A DNA stretch of 62,438 nucleotides, filler included, from Choristocarpus tenellus KU-1152 (GCA_964200185.2; 13 parts of 13 records of this genome joined end to end with filler, not necessarily neighbours in it); one strand, 5' to 3'. Positions 39,239 through 52,899 are shown, counted from the whole stretch's first letter. Made by a program: numbers and translations. Notes: generated by a model not told the origin, from the sequence alone.

Positions 39239-40983
39239 CTGGCTCTGTAGGTAAAAGGCCAGGGCGTGCCTCCCAGAGTTATAGAGCCAGTGTGCCACAC
39301 GGTGGGTTTGCAGAGCCTGTCAAAACATATGAAAACATTGTGCAGGGCACCAATGATCATTAGGAGGGGGAGGGGCAAAAGAGAACAGAAACTGTGTGAA
39401 AGAAGAACAATAAGAACATACCCACAATCCGACCCACACACACAACTTCAAGATCCACATTACAGAAAATTACATTTTTTTTGTAGGAAGCAATAGACCA
39501 ATAAGAGCAGAGGCAGCAAAAATTCATAGGAGAGCACGATCAAATTCTAGATACTGGATCACTATATTATTCTGGATTAAAGAATAACTTCTACTAAAAA
39601 AAAAAAATTGAAGCGGTGTTAAGTCATCTCTGGATTTCAAAAATATTTAAAAACAAGAATTAAAAAAAAAAGTGATACAGTCGATTGTTAGCTCTGATGA
39701 TAACTGATTAAACAACAAAACTAGCAAAAGCATTAGTAGTAGACGAATGCCAACCAGCAAAAGGAAAGGTTTAGTTCAAAAAAAAAAAAAAATTCATTGG
39801 GATGCATCCACGCTTAACAGTTCAAAAAAAAAAATGAGATGGTTCACAGCTCTACTGCGCTTGCTGACAAAGGCTTTTTTAGTAAAAGATGAACCTGAGC
39901 AACAGTAGAGAGAGATAGAGCATGTTGGGAGGAGTGAGATACTGAGTGGCTGAGTGAGTGTCTTGTCATGACACGGTTTAAATGTTCCGCCGAGTCATCC
40001 AACGCGTCAACAAACATCACGACCTAGGCTACGGAGGCGAGTCCTGTAGATGAGGTGGGTCACTCTTAGTCAACTCCTCAGAGAAGGAGGAAGAGAAAAA
40101 TTATAAATGCGGCAGGAGCCCTGAGGACCCTGAGGGGAAAATGCAGTGGTTGAAAAGTCAATTCAAGGACTCTATCCAGAGATTATAAATGATGGTAAGA
40201 TGACCCCTCTAAATGACACCTACAGGCTGTATGTATACATACATGTACATACATGTATGTAATATAAGAATGTGATCAGTATAGACAGTCAGTGTGATCA
40301 GTACAGACAGTCAGTGTGATCAGTACAGACAGTCAGTGCGATCAACATAGACAGTCAATGTGATCAGCATAGACAGACAATGTGATCAGTATAGACAGAT
40401 GCCTTACAGATAACTTACAGACAACCTACAGATAACTTACAGATACCTTACAGATAACTTACAGACAACCTACAGATAACTTACAGATACCTTACAGATA
40501 ACTTACAGATACCTTACAGATAACCTACAGATAACTTACAGATAACCTACAGATAACCTACAGATACCTTACAGATAACCTACAGATACCTTACAGATAA
40601 CCTACAGATACCTTACAGATAACTTACAGATACCGTAACAATCAAGTGGTAACACAGCAGCATTAATCAGTGGGTCAATATAGGGTATATATATATATAT
40701 ATATCCTGAACTCCATAGGGGAACAAACTCAAAAGAGATACACCTAGCTCAAATTAGAGTGAGGTTCAGACCTCTCTGCATAGCAAGTACTAGTCCATAC
40801 CTGAAAACCCTTGAAGTATAACAGGGCATCATGATAGGATTCACAGGCAGGATCCCTTTCCCTCACAGCAATGATGTCTCTCCGCAGTTGCCTTCGGAAG
40901 CGACTCTTGCCCTTGCCCTTTGAATTGAAGTATTCCTGTACTAGTGCTTGCACCTGGGTGCTAAGCATGTTGGGACCAGCCAA
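39239..40983 (-). CDS. Serine O-acetyltransferase (SAT/CysE family), two internal exons: 40983-40801 and 39316-39239
   Basis: Spliced peptide LAGPNMLSTQ...RRDIIAVRERDPACESYHDALLYFKGFQ|ALQTHRVAHWLYNSGRHALAFYLQSQ matches the SAT signature D..AV.ERDPAC....L.FKGF.A.Q.HR.AH.L. Canonical GT-AG sites. Confidence 0.92.
40271..40634. repeat. Compound minisatellite: about 6 x 22 bp (tgtgatcagtacagacagtcag) followed by about 21 x 11 bp (tacagataact/tacagatacct)
   Basis: Read directly; lies in the SAT intron. Confidence 0.92.
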
Positions 40984-41482
40984 CTTTTTTTTTATGTGAA
41001 CAGGTTGGTGTTCCATTGAAATGTGATTACAGTCAGAAACGGTTTTTGGTTGAGGGGATGGGGGGATGGGGAATGATTTTTTTCTTATTTGATCAGGATG
41101 GGGTGATGAAAATAGTGTGTTTGTCCATTGAGTAGAAAGCTACGATTTGTATGTAGAGATGCAACGCTTTTGTTTTCAAAAATATGTATGCCTGTATGCG
41201 TTGTGTGTGTACGTGACGTGCCTGTGTGTGTGTGTTCTACATATAATAAAACAAAAGTTTTTTTTTTACTTATTTATTCTGAAGAAAGAGGGGGCACGAC
41301 AAGAATGCATTCTCACTCACAAAAAAAAAGACAATTGCAATAAAAAAGAAATATATTTCTTTACAAAATATATTTTTCTACANNNNNNNNNNNNNNNNNN
41401 NNNNNNNNNNNNNNNNNNNNNNNNNNTTAATTAATTAANNNNNNNNNNNNNNNNNNNNNNNNNNNNNNNNNNNNNNNNNNNN

Positions 41483-41983
41483 CAGGGAAGACTGAGGGGT
41501 GGTCGATTAGGCTTGTGATGCAGCCATCTAACTCCCCCGACCTCAGTATCATGGACCTGTGCTTCTTCAGGTCTTTGAAATGCTGGGTGATGGCAGAGCA
41601 GTTTGGGTCCGTTGTGGAGATGGTGAAGGTCATTAAGAAACAGTATGGGGAGTATGATGAGACCACCCTTGAGAGGGCTTGGCACCTTCTTTTTGTGGTA
41701 TACGATCAATTACTTAGATACAAAGGGGGGGATGACTTCAGTGTGGAACACATAGGGGTAAAGAAGAGGCAGTTGTCTGGTGAGCTTGAAAACACGCCGA
41801 AGGTAGACATGGAGGCTTTTTCTGTGGTTCCTAAAATTATGATGGATGGGGAGAAATAATAATAAAAAGAGCTGACCCTAACCAGAAATTCGTCAAGGGT
41901 TCCAAATCTTCTTTCAGAAATGAATTTCATCATATTCAAACGTTACGGACAACGCGGCACAGACTTATGGCACGGAGGTAGTA
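41483..41983 (+). mobile_element. 3' end of a Tc1/mariner element (DD39D/plant-mariner-like): transposase C-terminus to 41859, right TIR and TA target
   Basis: QPSNSPDLSIMDLCFFRSLK resembles the DD39D QPPNSPDLNVLDLGFF motif. Terminus ...cttatggcacggaggtag|TA is the reverse complement of TA-CTACCTCCGT, a Stowaway/mariner-type end. Confidence 0.88.
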
Positions 41984-42004
41984 AAAAAAAAAGTGTGAAG
42001 ACAA

Positions 42005-42057
42005 GTCCCAAACAGATAAACAGGGCAAAACTCGTACCCTCTAAGATACTTTCACTC
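42005..42057 (-). mobile_element. MITE terminal fragment
   Basis: aaacagggcaaaactcgtaccctctaagatactttcactc is near-identical to 34460-34499. Confidence 0.85.
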
Positions 42058-43916
42058 AGTAATGCATGACAAGGTTGAAATGGTTTATCATGGCCATCCT
42101 CGCAGGGGCATCAAATGTCGTGACAGAATCATGTTGGCCAGGCGATAATTTCGTTTGGAGGTCAGGGACGTACCCTTAAGCCGTCTATGTGACCATGGTG
42201 AAATACTGCTTCAAGCTCTTGCTTGTAGTGAGTTAAATACTACTTCTGATGAGCTCGACTCTAAGGATGGAGATTTTAAAGGAACAGTGGAGAATGAAAA
42301 AGGCTGTGGCCCCCACCTTCTTTGCAGCTATGGAAAGACTCCATTTATCGATATGCAAGAGATAATATAGAATGCCAGCCGTGCCATGACTTGGACACAC
42401 CGCCTCCTATGTTCTTCGCAATACTTCGACTAGGATACAGCAAGCCACCACGTCTGCTTTCTTCCATGTTGACTTTAGAGGGGAAAGCACCAGTTGGTTG
42501 GAAGGTATGAAAAATGATTTATATACTCTCTTATCGCACTATTCTCACATATATATAGCGGTCTTTGGGGTTGTTCTGTTGACCATTGTTACTACAATGT
42601 TGGTGACACAAAGATTTTCATGTGGCATTAACCGCAATCTTGTCGGGTTGACAATGAGGTTGGATGAAATTTCTCTGGCACGTGGTATAGGCTAAGGATA
42701 GACACCTTGGTAGTGTGACAGGGCATGGTGAAATTACTGCGACACTCGATCAGGGACGCCGAGGTCCACAGCCAGTGTAAGGGAATGACTTGTCCATTGT
42801 TGCTTTCAGGACGCGCACCTGACATCAGTGTTAAAAAAAAGTCAGAAATGGGTTATTAATTAGAATATATTATAGTGGGAGCAGAAAGGGGCTGTACGCA
42901 AAAAGAACATTGCTTCTCTTTCACTCACATCTTATGTATCTTATTCTGATTTTATTGGAGTAGATGGGGTTGAAATGTAAGAGGATACTACGAAATGTGC
43001 GCGCAGCACGCAGCGAAATACTTACAATTTGATTGGGGTATAAAATATGGTAGTGAGTATTATGTATAGTATTGTAGTGTTTAAATGTGATGTTGACGTT
43101 CTAAACAAACGAGACACCCACACCATATAGGGAGCTAGACCACGGATGGACAATACCTGGATGTACCTGTGTGATGAGTGAGGGAAAATTTCCACGATGC
43201 ATGTCCATACTAGCTTAGGTTCGAAGGGGAAGAGTCGAGAGAAAAATGCAAGGTACCTGCAGGGAGTCCTATCGAAGACGACCCAAAGGAGGACATGGGC
43301 GTTCTCGACAAGCCCCCTGCTATTTTTGATTGCCTTGAGATGTTTTTACGGCGGATGTATGACCTGGGCATTCCCTTCCACTGCTCCTGCCAATGCCCTG
43401 GGAGAATTCCACTCACCGAGTCAGGTCAGGGGTCAAATCAGCTTTAGGACCAAGACCAGACCAGGCATCCGAGGTGGGATTGGACGAGTTTCAAACCTAA
43501 ACTCTCTACTCTTCCTATCGACGTTCATTGCATGGAACCGTTGCATTGAGGGAAAGGGTGGTGAACGGCTAGGTGGCGCCACCATGCATCCTCTCCATTC
43601 CACCATACTCGCTCACCTACGCTGTACACAATTTTGTTGTTGAACCCTTTTTATTGGTGCTGATCCCATGCGGTGGCAACGTTACATGTGCACATTTGAC
43701 ATGAATTTCACCCGCCTCCTTCTCTACGAGTATTTACTTCTCACTCGTTGCACAAAATCTTCTCAAATCTGAAACTGCGTCCATTTTCATTAACCACTCA
43801 CCCTTCAGTCCCTGAATTCGACCTAAGCCCCCTGCCATCCCGTGGGTGACTCGTTCGTCACTCTGTGCTGGTCGCGTGCGTGTCCTTCCGCGGAGCAAGG
43901 TCTCCTGCCAAAACCT

Positions 43917-44968
43917 ATGAAGATCCGCCTATGGAAGAGGCAGGAAGAAGACATGGGTCTGGATAATGCCAAGCGTTACTTGCACGTAACCGAGGATGCC
44001 CTTATTTTCGAAATCGAGGGCCAGAATGAGGTAAATAGTAAAGTGCAGGAAGAGGGATAACTCTGCCGGACCTGGACCTGTGAGTTGCTGGTTTGATCAA
44101 TGAAAGGACCACAACGATAAACTGGGTACCTCGGAGGTTAATCCAGCACTAAGCAACATTGGTGCCTGTTTGGTGACTTTTTCCTTTTGGTTGACCTTAT
44201 CTTCCATGCCTCTCATTTTTCTTGTCTTGCCCTCATTTTCCCACCCACCCCACCTATTGTACACGTTTGTGTGCTGTGGTCTATGCAACAAAAGTGTTTG
44301 GTCATCGCCCGTGGCCCTGAGTCAGCAAGCAGTGCCCGTGTTTCGATGCGGACAAAGAAGAGCATAGTGGGCATGATCCCTGGATCCCCTGGGTATGTGT
44401 CAACCATATCGATTGATGGCATCTTTGGGGTGTACGACCTCCTCAGTGGCCCCTTCATTGCGGTGATACGGCGATCTAAGCTCAGGTCTGTTACACAATT
44501 TATAGACAAGTTGCTCAAGACTGAATGCTTAGAGTGATGGCGATGGTTAGGGGTTGGGGAGACTTTTGCTTGAACTATACACAATGCGCGAGGAGGGGGC
44601 TGTGGGGTAACTGATGAAGGGTGGGGTGGGCCCAAACTTGTTGATGAAAGCCTGAGAACCATTGCATGCCAGGAAAGGAGCAATAACATGGAACAGACTG
44701 GAGGACGAGAGTAGATTTGGACAGGGTGGAGTAATGACATGATATATAATTTCTTGCTTTAGTCTCTCCCTGTGACTGTGCTACACAATATTATATACAC
44801 TCCCCCATCCACACTCCAATTCATTCTCCTACACCTCCCTGCCCCATCCCTTAGATACCATAATACTATGCTAGGGATTGAGTTTCGCCAAATTTCAAAG
44901 GTTCGACTTATCCCAGTGCTCCGGGAACCCCGGGACCTGGATGAGGGGCAGTCAAGGGAGGAGGCTAG
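43917..44968 (+). CDS. SAC-domain phosphoinositide phosphatase, N-terminal exons 43917-44030, 44295-44485, 44855-44968
   Basis: Phase-consistent GT-AG exons. IDGIFGVYDLLSGPFIAVIRRS...IEFRQISKVRLIPV...EEAR resembles the SacI-homology N-terminus (GI.G...LL.G.YL.VIT...E.RY). Confidence 0.72.
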
Positions 44969-46663
44969 GTGCGCAATGGGGGTGAGGGAGTGGAGGATGG
45001 GAGGGTGGGCTTGGCGATATGGGGTCTATAGGTCCAGGCCTCTCCCGCCTTGTTTTGTGTTGAATGTGAAGACTGTTGCTCTGTTTTTATGGATCCAAGG
45101 GGTTTCAATATCCTGGGTGCGTTGGTTGTTGCTTTTTGTTGGTATTATGTATTGTACATCTTTGGAAGGGGTACATCTCATAGGTTTTGTTACCTTTCCC
45201 TGATGAGCGGAGCTGATTGCGGTTTGGCTTGGGTGATCTTTTTTTTGGTTGAAGATCCTCGTATGGGGGTACTGTATGTACTTCAATTACGAATGTATAG
45301 TATTTACTGTGTATGCATGGGAGCAGTGTTTTTTTTATTACAGGTTTTCTGGGGTCTCCTATGGATACCGTAGGAAAAACATCGCTACAACTTGACGCCT
45401 TTTGGTATATAGTCGGTAGAGGTGTGGTCGAGAGTATCCTGTGACAGACTTTTTTTTTTTTACCTGTTCACAATGCTGTGGTGCAAGGAAAGGGTGGGGC
45501 AGTGTAGAGCGCCTTGACGCAGTGCCCTTACTGCTTCTAGTACATGCAAAATTTGTACTGTCAATGATGCTCGAATGACTGCCCGGTGTTCTTCTCCTCC
45601 TCTCGTCCGCATCATTCTTCCGGCGTATGGCTCCTCCAGTATGTGTTGGTGTAAGTGATAGAGGAAGGAGAGCAAGGCGGCATCTTTGTGGAGGGACTAA
45701 CGCGGCACTTTTGTTGCAGCCGTAGTTTTTTTTNNNNNNNNNNNNNNNNNNNNNNNNNNNNNNNNNNNNNNNNNNNNTTAATTAATTAANNNNNNNNNNN
45801 NNNNNNNNNNNNNNNNNNNNNNNNNNNNNNNNNTGGAGTGGAGAGGGGTTTAAGAGGAGACGATAATTTAATTCATGTGTAACATCTCAATACCTTGTGT
45901 CGCCAAGAACCCCTCACAACAGGAATAGGCAGGTATTACGCTAGAGAAAGGAACCAAAATATGATTGGATATCAAGGCAGGGCAAGCACTCCCAAATTCA
46001 TGTTGTATCCGAAATTTAGTCCTTATGATTACCTCTTCATTGTACTCTTCAGTTACCAGGATTACTAATTACCCTAGCAACTCGGCTTGCAGGACTTGAA
46101 CCAAGATAGGATGATGGAGAAAATCTATATGAAGCAGGTCAGATACCTTGTTTTGTGTCTCTAGTTTGCAGGCACAAAACCCATTCTGGGATATTCACAC
46201 CCACTTAATCTGGACCTCCCAGAACAGACACTTCTCAAGTTACCCAGGTAACCCGGGACTGGTACATTATCATACTCTGAAGTAGAAGATATAAAAAGGT
46301 GGAGCCATCACTACCTCAGTGGCGCCGCCATCATCACAGCAGCAGAAGCCCGATCACACACTCGTACCTACTCACTCCCCAATGTATACCTAAACACTTC
46401 TCTAGACTTGAATCGAAGAACATCTAATTTTTTTCCACCAATAGAATGGTAGTCAATAGACCACAACGACCAATAAGAAACATATTAATGCACTAAGTCA
46501 TGCCCTTATTGCAGCCAAGTGAAAACGATATTTGCAGTCGTGCTGTCGAAAACAGAAATCCAACCATTGACTGGAACAAACCTGTGAGTTTAATTGAAAA
46601 CTGCAACTGTAAATGTAATACTAATATTTTTCTAAGTATTTTCTTGTGCATGTTAATATTATT

Positions 46664-46940
46664 TATTATGCCCTCTGAAATTTTACTGATATGCCAGGGA
46701 AAAACTAATGAAAACTATTCACATGTCTGGAAAATCCCTTAAGAAGTGTCAGTTGTCACAAAAGTGAAAAATATTAATCTATTCCCTATTTTACTACCAC
46801 ATATCTATGTTGTACTACTGCCTTCCTGTGTCCCAAACCTATTCCTGCACCCCAGGGTGAGGAGCTAGGGCAGCATCCCACGAATCTAACAAGCCCCTCC
46901 TTGCCCATCCCCCTGGTGACTCCAGTTTAAGATGCATGAC
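46664..46940 (+). repeat. Dispersed repeat of about 280 bp, copy 1
   Basis: Colinear with 53451-53729 (tattcacatgtc, ttgtcacaaa, gcaccccagggtgaggag, ccctggtgactccag, gcatgac). Confidence 0.85.
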
Positions 46941-49900
46941 CCCCGCCTAGATAGAGCTACTTGCATTATGTTACGTTTTTCAAAACTAAACCTTACCATT
47001 GAACTTCCCTCCACAACCAATTCTTACTGCAGCAAACACAGCAACGGCCGTTATGATTGTATCAACATATCTCACAAACCATTCAAATGTCGGAACCCTA
47101 AAAAGAGAAAAACAAAGCTGTCGTGAATGAGAAAAGGCATTTTTCTATCATCTATTTATTACTATGTTACTACCAGGTAAGCAATATAAATATATATATA
47201 TATATATATAATAGATACTTCGAAGTACTTTTATGTCCCTCTGTGTCATCTATCTCGCATCCAACAGTTACATGCATCGTTAAATAAGATTTGACTGAAC
47301 CTTAAGCAGTCAGAAAAACGAAAGAGCATTGAAAGTGTCAACCATGTGAGGCAATGGAAACTATCAACAGACTTCAATCGAATTTTTGGCGCCCAAGGAG
47401 AAGCGCACGTAACGCTCACAGGTCAATCAATGAGTCGTTAACTCCCCGTCTTGAATAGAGCCGGTCCGAAATGGTGAGACGTGTAGTGAGTTATCTGCAG
47501 TGACCACCTTATGGACAATGCAGTAGGGGGTTGCATGGTTCTGTGACTTCGGAGACTTTGGGTCAAAGTTCTGGTAGCGATGTGATTTTAAACAAAGAAA
47601 TGAACAACCAAAAACTTATTCAGTTCAGTTTTTCAGTTCTTCCCATGAAGATCGAACAGTCACAGTTCGTAACACTACCCATTAGGTCTTAGAAACTGCT
47701 GTAGTTTACGTGAGTCTGTGTAATCACAGTGAGATGAATTTTCAACTCCAACCCTAGAAAAAAAAAAGTCAAAGTACACGGTTGCAGTGCGATCAAGTCT
47801 TATATTAGCAGTAAGTAATAAAAGTATTGTGCACAGCGCCCACAGCACATGACTCCAATACTAGTCAGTGAGTTAGAATACTACAATCAGTGAGGAGGGT
47901 TCGTCGGGATCCTTTCTGCAAAATGTCAGGATGATGTCATCTCTCAGCAAATTGGCAGAGCACCTCTGTCCCCTTGAAGAGGCATCTACACAGGTTGCCA
48001 TAAGACCACACAGAGGCTGCTCTCAAACAGCACTTCACTACATCGATTGTACATAGTTCTCCATGCCTTCACGCCTGCCCTCCACCCAATCTCTACCCGG
48101 TCCTTCATGCCTTTCCATTAATTTAAACCAAAAGCATTGCACATGTATGTATGTATGTATGTATGTTTCCAATAATTTTATTTTAACAGAAGCCCATTCA
48201 TAACCTCCCCAACCTCCGCAGACAGTCAATGGACACGTAGATATCATCGGCAGCGAGGCTGTCTACCCTGAACATACACATCTCAAATCAACACACATGC
48301 CACACAAGCTCAACAAATACACACCCATGAGGGGGGGGGGGGGGGGGGGGGGGGCGGCGGGGGAGAGAAGACAACACAAAAAAGACAGAANNNNNNNNNN
48401 NNNNNNNNNNNNNNNNNNNNNNNNNNNNNNNNNNTTAATTAATTAANNNNNNNNNNNNNNNNNNNNNNNNNNNNNNNNNNNNNNNNNNNNAGACCGTTTT
48501 CGCAAAACAACCATCCTCATAGTCCTGCACCATCCTCAATTTTGAGAAATCCCTGTTCTTTACAGAAAGATGAAGTAAACAAAAGTGCAGAAAAAACTTT
48601 CTATCACGAATTTCCTATGCGGTACTTCCTCCGTTTGTAATTTAATGTAACATAACTGTTGTAATCACTTGACGCCATCTTCTATACGCACGTTTTGAGG
48701 CTCGTTTGATTTTGCTTTTTGACATTTTCGGAGATGTGCGAAGAAGTAAACAGTATGCTTTTTTTCAAGCAAAATAATTAAGAATTCCTTCACAATTCAA
48801 GATGTAGAAACCTCCTTCTCGAATATTTCCACGATATTTTTTGACCTCCCAGTGATAGACTCTAGGCATTATTGATACTGTTTAAATGGTGGTAATTTAC
48901 GCGAGTTACATTCAGCAGGATACAAATGGGTAATGCAACCACTAAGATTTACAGGGAGCACGTATGGGTGATTCAACAGCCACCCACCAACCCACATACA
49001 AAGTGAGTTCCCAGTCACATGCAAAAAGTCTAAGAGTCAGGTGTATCAGCACGAAAGATTGTCAAGGAATGAACATGATTTCCTCCCATCAGGTTTCCCT
49101 TTCTTGTGGACGTGGAATGCTTTTTGTATCGTTTACATTTTGCTTTCCAACAGTTCCTGTTTGTATCACACATGGTGACACGCGGATATACATGCGTGAT
49201 GTTAGCCTCAATTTTTTTGCCCTCTGGGAGGACCCCTGAACACTCAGGGGGGCTATTTCCTGTTGGTTACACCACTGCGGACTATTCACGATGACCCAGA
49301 CAATAAAGCGCACTTTATGACACCGCTCAGTTCACAACTCTACATAGTGTTGTGAACCGCAACAGTCCAACCAGCTTAAGTTCGATTAATCGGAATAACT
49401 GAAATGAAAAAGTTCAGGTATTTGTTCACTTAAAGATCACAACAAGAAGTGTGACGAAACGTGACACCAATTCTTGAACTTCACCTTCATTCCCTCTATC
49501 CTACTTCATTTGCTGGTTTTTGTAACCCCTTCAGGGATGATCTACCCAGTTCCTGTGGGCTAACCATCATATACTTCTGTTTTTCACTTCTGTTTTTCAC
49601 TTCAAATGAATGTGTAGAGGTTATGGAACCATATTTTGTTCCGAAAAGGTGTCACTACCCACAACATCCTACACGCTCATGGCTTCGTATCTGCCTGCTG
49701 AGACCCATGGAGGCTTTGGAGAACTTTGTTTTATGGTGCAATTCGTGACTTGGTTATCTATGGGCATCGCCTTACGTGCAATTTAGTCGAACATGTACAT
49801 TTGGGATTTTTCCAGTTGATTGAATCACAACAGTAGTAAAAAATAGTCTTGCAAGAAAGAACAAGGTGAAAGAGAAATGGATGGCAGTCTTGAATAAGAA

Positions 49901-51028
49901 TGATGTGTAGTGTTGAATAGATATATTATATCAAAAGAATGATAAAAAGGAGAAAAAACACAAAAAGAATCACTAGGAGCCAGTCATGACCGGTCCTCCA
50001 GTGCATCGATCAGTAAAAACTAGCGTACACACGAAAAATACTTCCAAGTACAAATACGAAGTACCATGGACACCAAGTCGAACACAATTACACCCCACAG
50101 ACATGTTGTAGCTAATTCAGCGATTCAGTCTGTGGCCATAAGGAGAAAATAAGATTTACACATTCACCTGTCAAGTCAACACCTCCCACTTCTTAGTCAG
50201 GCAACCAATCAGGCATTGAATGTACAGCTATTACCACTTGTTTTTCACACAATGTCCCAACACAACACAGAAGCCACGGCATTGAAGATATACAGTGTAT
50301 ATCAGGTATCAATAGAAGAAAACACCCTAAAAAAGAACATGAACTAGAGCTCTAGCTAGATGTGAGAATCGTAAGTCATGCTTGCATACACCCTGGGGTA
50401 TGTACAGGCACCATCTTCGGCAACTATCATTTCCCTCTCTCTAGTAGGAAGGTTACGATAAAAAATTAAATTCCATTTCCCTGCTCTAACCCCCAACACC
50501 ATCACAGCTACAGCTGCAACAGAAAAAAATTGTGCGAGTCAGTCAACATATGTGCACCATTCACATTTAAGTATGTATATCAGTCTTACAGAATACAGGA
50601 AGCAGGGGAGGGGAGTTTCTACACTTGCAACTCTGCTCTGGAACTTACTCATCTCCCTTATGTCTGTAACAGTGCGAGAAGGTGGTGAGCCTAGCGGGAA
50701 GTTAAGGAAAGGCATGCTAAGGTGTACATCCAAGCACATGATGATACTCCCCATTCTTATCACTTCAGGAACGGATACAATGGCAAAGCTAAGGCACAGC
50801 CTGCACAAAATAGCCATTCTACAAGGCACTTGTTATATGCTCCCCCTGTTGTACACACAATTCCATGTCTGTACCCAAACATTGGACACCCAAAGAGCAA
50901 GCTGATTGGAAATATGTACAACATGCAGAGTGGGCAACCATTGAACATGCTGGACACATGGAGACCCTCCCCCCCACCCTCGTTTTGTTAAGTGTATCAT
51001 CTATGAAGTGAACCTGGAGACTTGTGAC

Positions 51029-51553
51029 CTCAGCAATTGCAGTTGTGGCAAGGAGTTGGATGCGAAGTTGAGCTGCTTGAGCCGGGTTGTGGGCAAGCGC
51101 AGGGTGAAGTAGTGCAACGGGTTGGAGTTGCCCTTGTAGTGCTTCGTCTGGCAAAGGATGACCAACAGGCAGTGAAAACAAACAAACAACAGGGAGTGGT
51201 TACTTATGGGAGCATCTATACACAGCTATGTCCCTGCTGTGTCTTAAGTCATCATTACCTTAGAGCAAGGTGACTGAGTTGGCCATCCCTTGAACAGGTG
51301 CATAAATACATGCAGCACACAACACAGTATCCTTGGTACTCCCAATAAAACGCCAAAAGATGATAAGCGGATCTCCAGTCATACCAAGACACCGCATAAG
51401 ATCACGCTGGCAACTCACTTGAAAAAAGCACCACAACCCCCTCAACCGGAAGATGATCCTCTATTTCATCAAGACAACTTACAATACATGACCAATACAT
51501 ACATGTAGGCAAAGAAAAAAAGAGTGAAGTCTGTCAAGAGTGCTCAAAATGGT

Positions 51554-51618
<65 letters not shown>

Positions 51619-52168
51619 TTTGTGTGTGTGCACAAGCATACTCAACACTTTCGCTTTTTTGTGCTTCACACAATGTGAGATGAACAGCAGGGATTGCAGA
51701 ATAGTTGGCGGGATGGTATATGACTATAGGAGCAACTGATGATACATTTGATGAAGTTCTGACTGGTAGTGATATTCATGATGCAGTGGTCATAATGACC
51801 TATTTCCCTCATACTCAGTTGGCGGTATCAAGACCCTCGTCACACCCCTGGAAGACAACACTGCCATCTCAGAAAAAATAAGACACACACATACACACAC
51901 AAAATAGAGGCACTTGAATCCAGTACCCTAGGACAACCAATCCTTGAGTTGGAAAGGACAAGGTAGCAGTTGCACTGACTGACACATGCAAAAAGAGAGA
52001 CAAGTGTCTTCAGCAAACAGCACACATAAAAGAGAGCACAGGTAGAGAGTTTGGCCTTTCCTTTACCTTGATGGAGCTGCACTTGAACAAATGATTAAGC
52101 TTGTATGCCTTGACCCGATCAGTAATCTGCTTGCGACCAAACACCGCCAGGACCATCCGGTCATAGCT
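51029..52168 (-). CDS. Two putative exons (52168-52067 and 51147-about 51029) of an unknown, possibly PH-like-domain protein
   Basis: ccag|SYDRMVLAVFGRKQITDRVKAYKLNHLFKCSSIK|gtaaag splices in phase to ccag|TKHYKGNSNPLHYFTLRLPTTRLKQLNFASNSLPQLQLLR. The domain guess is weak. Confidence 0.45.
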
Positions 52169-52899
52169 CTGGAAATCCAGGAAAAATATTGGATGTTAGA
52201 GGTTGCATCAGAAAGACACCATGGGCTGTAGCGAGTGGGGACCAACAATGGGGCATGAAGATCTCATGAAGCATTTGACAACATAATACTCTTGTCTCAT
52301 CCTCGAAATGTATGGGACTCAAAGTAGCTGGGGGGGGGGGGGGGGGGGGGGGGGGGTTGGGGGGGGGGGGGCGTCGGGGGAAAACAACTCTTTCTTGCTC
52401 TNNNNNNNNNNNNNNNNNNNNNNNNNNNNNNNNNNNNNNNNNNNNTTAATTAATTAANNNNNNNNNNNNNNNNNNNNNNNNNNNNNNNNNNNNNNNNNNN
52501 NCCCCCCTCCCAGATACTTTGGGTCAGACCTTCCCCTTCATGTTCCTTATCTATCCTTTGTCACGGGGAATCGGGAAAGTGGACAATCCCACAAACTCGA
52601 TTTTGTCAAGCATCGAGTTACCGCTGTTCCCCAGGACAGACAATTGTTGCTTGACAAAAGCGTCCAAGGTGTCGGGCAAACAACTCAAATAGGTGAGGGT
52701 GTTCACCTTACAAGGAGTTCTGGAAGATGGAAGAATCGTGTTCACCTTAGGTTTGTTTTCACCTTGGGAATCAAGCTGGTTCTTCCAACACCAGAAATGT
52801 TTCAAGGTAGAGAGGACCAGACAGAGTGCCTTCCAGATAACCGCGAAAAATCCGGAAGGTTAATGAGAGACAAGGACTCACCACAGAAGAGAGTAGGCG

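Noticed and set aside
40271-40634. CRISPR-like array
   Set aside because: The units are contiguous with no unique spacers, there are no cas genes, and it lies in a eukaryotic intron.
39239-40983. Bacterial cysE contamination or recent horizontal transfer
   Set aside because: The gene is split by canonical spliceosomal introns.
47387-47396. TGGCGCCCAA as a tRNA-Lys primer-binding site
   Set aside because: Only a 10-bp match, with no identifiable LTR or gag next to it.
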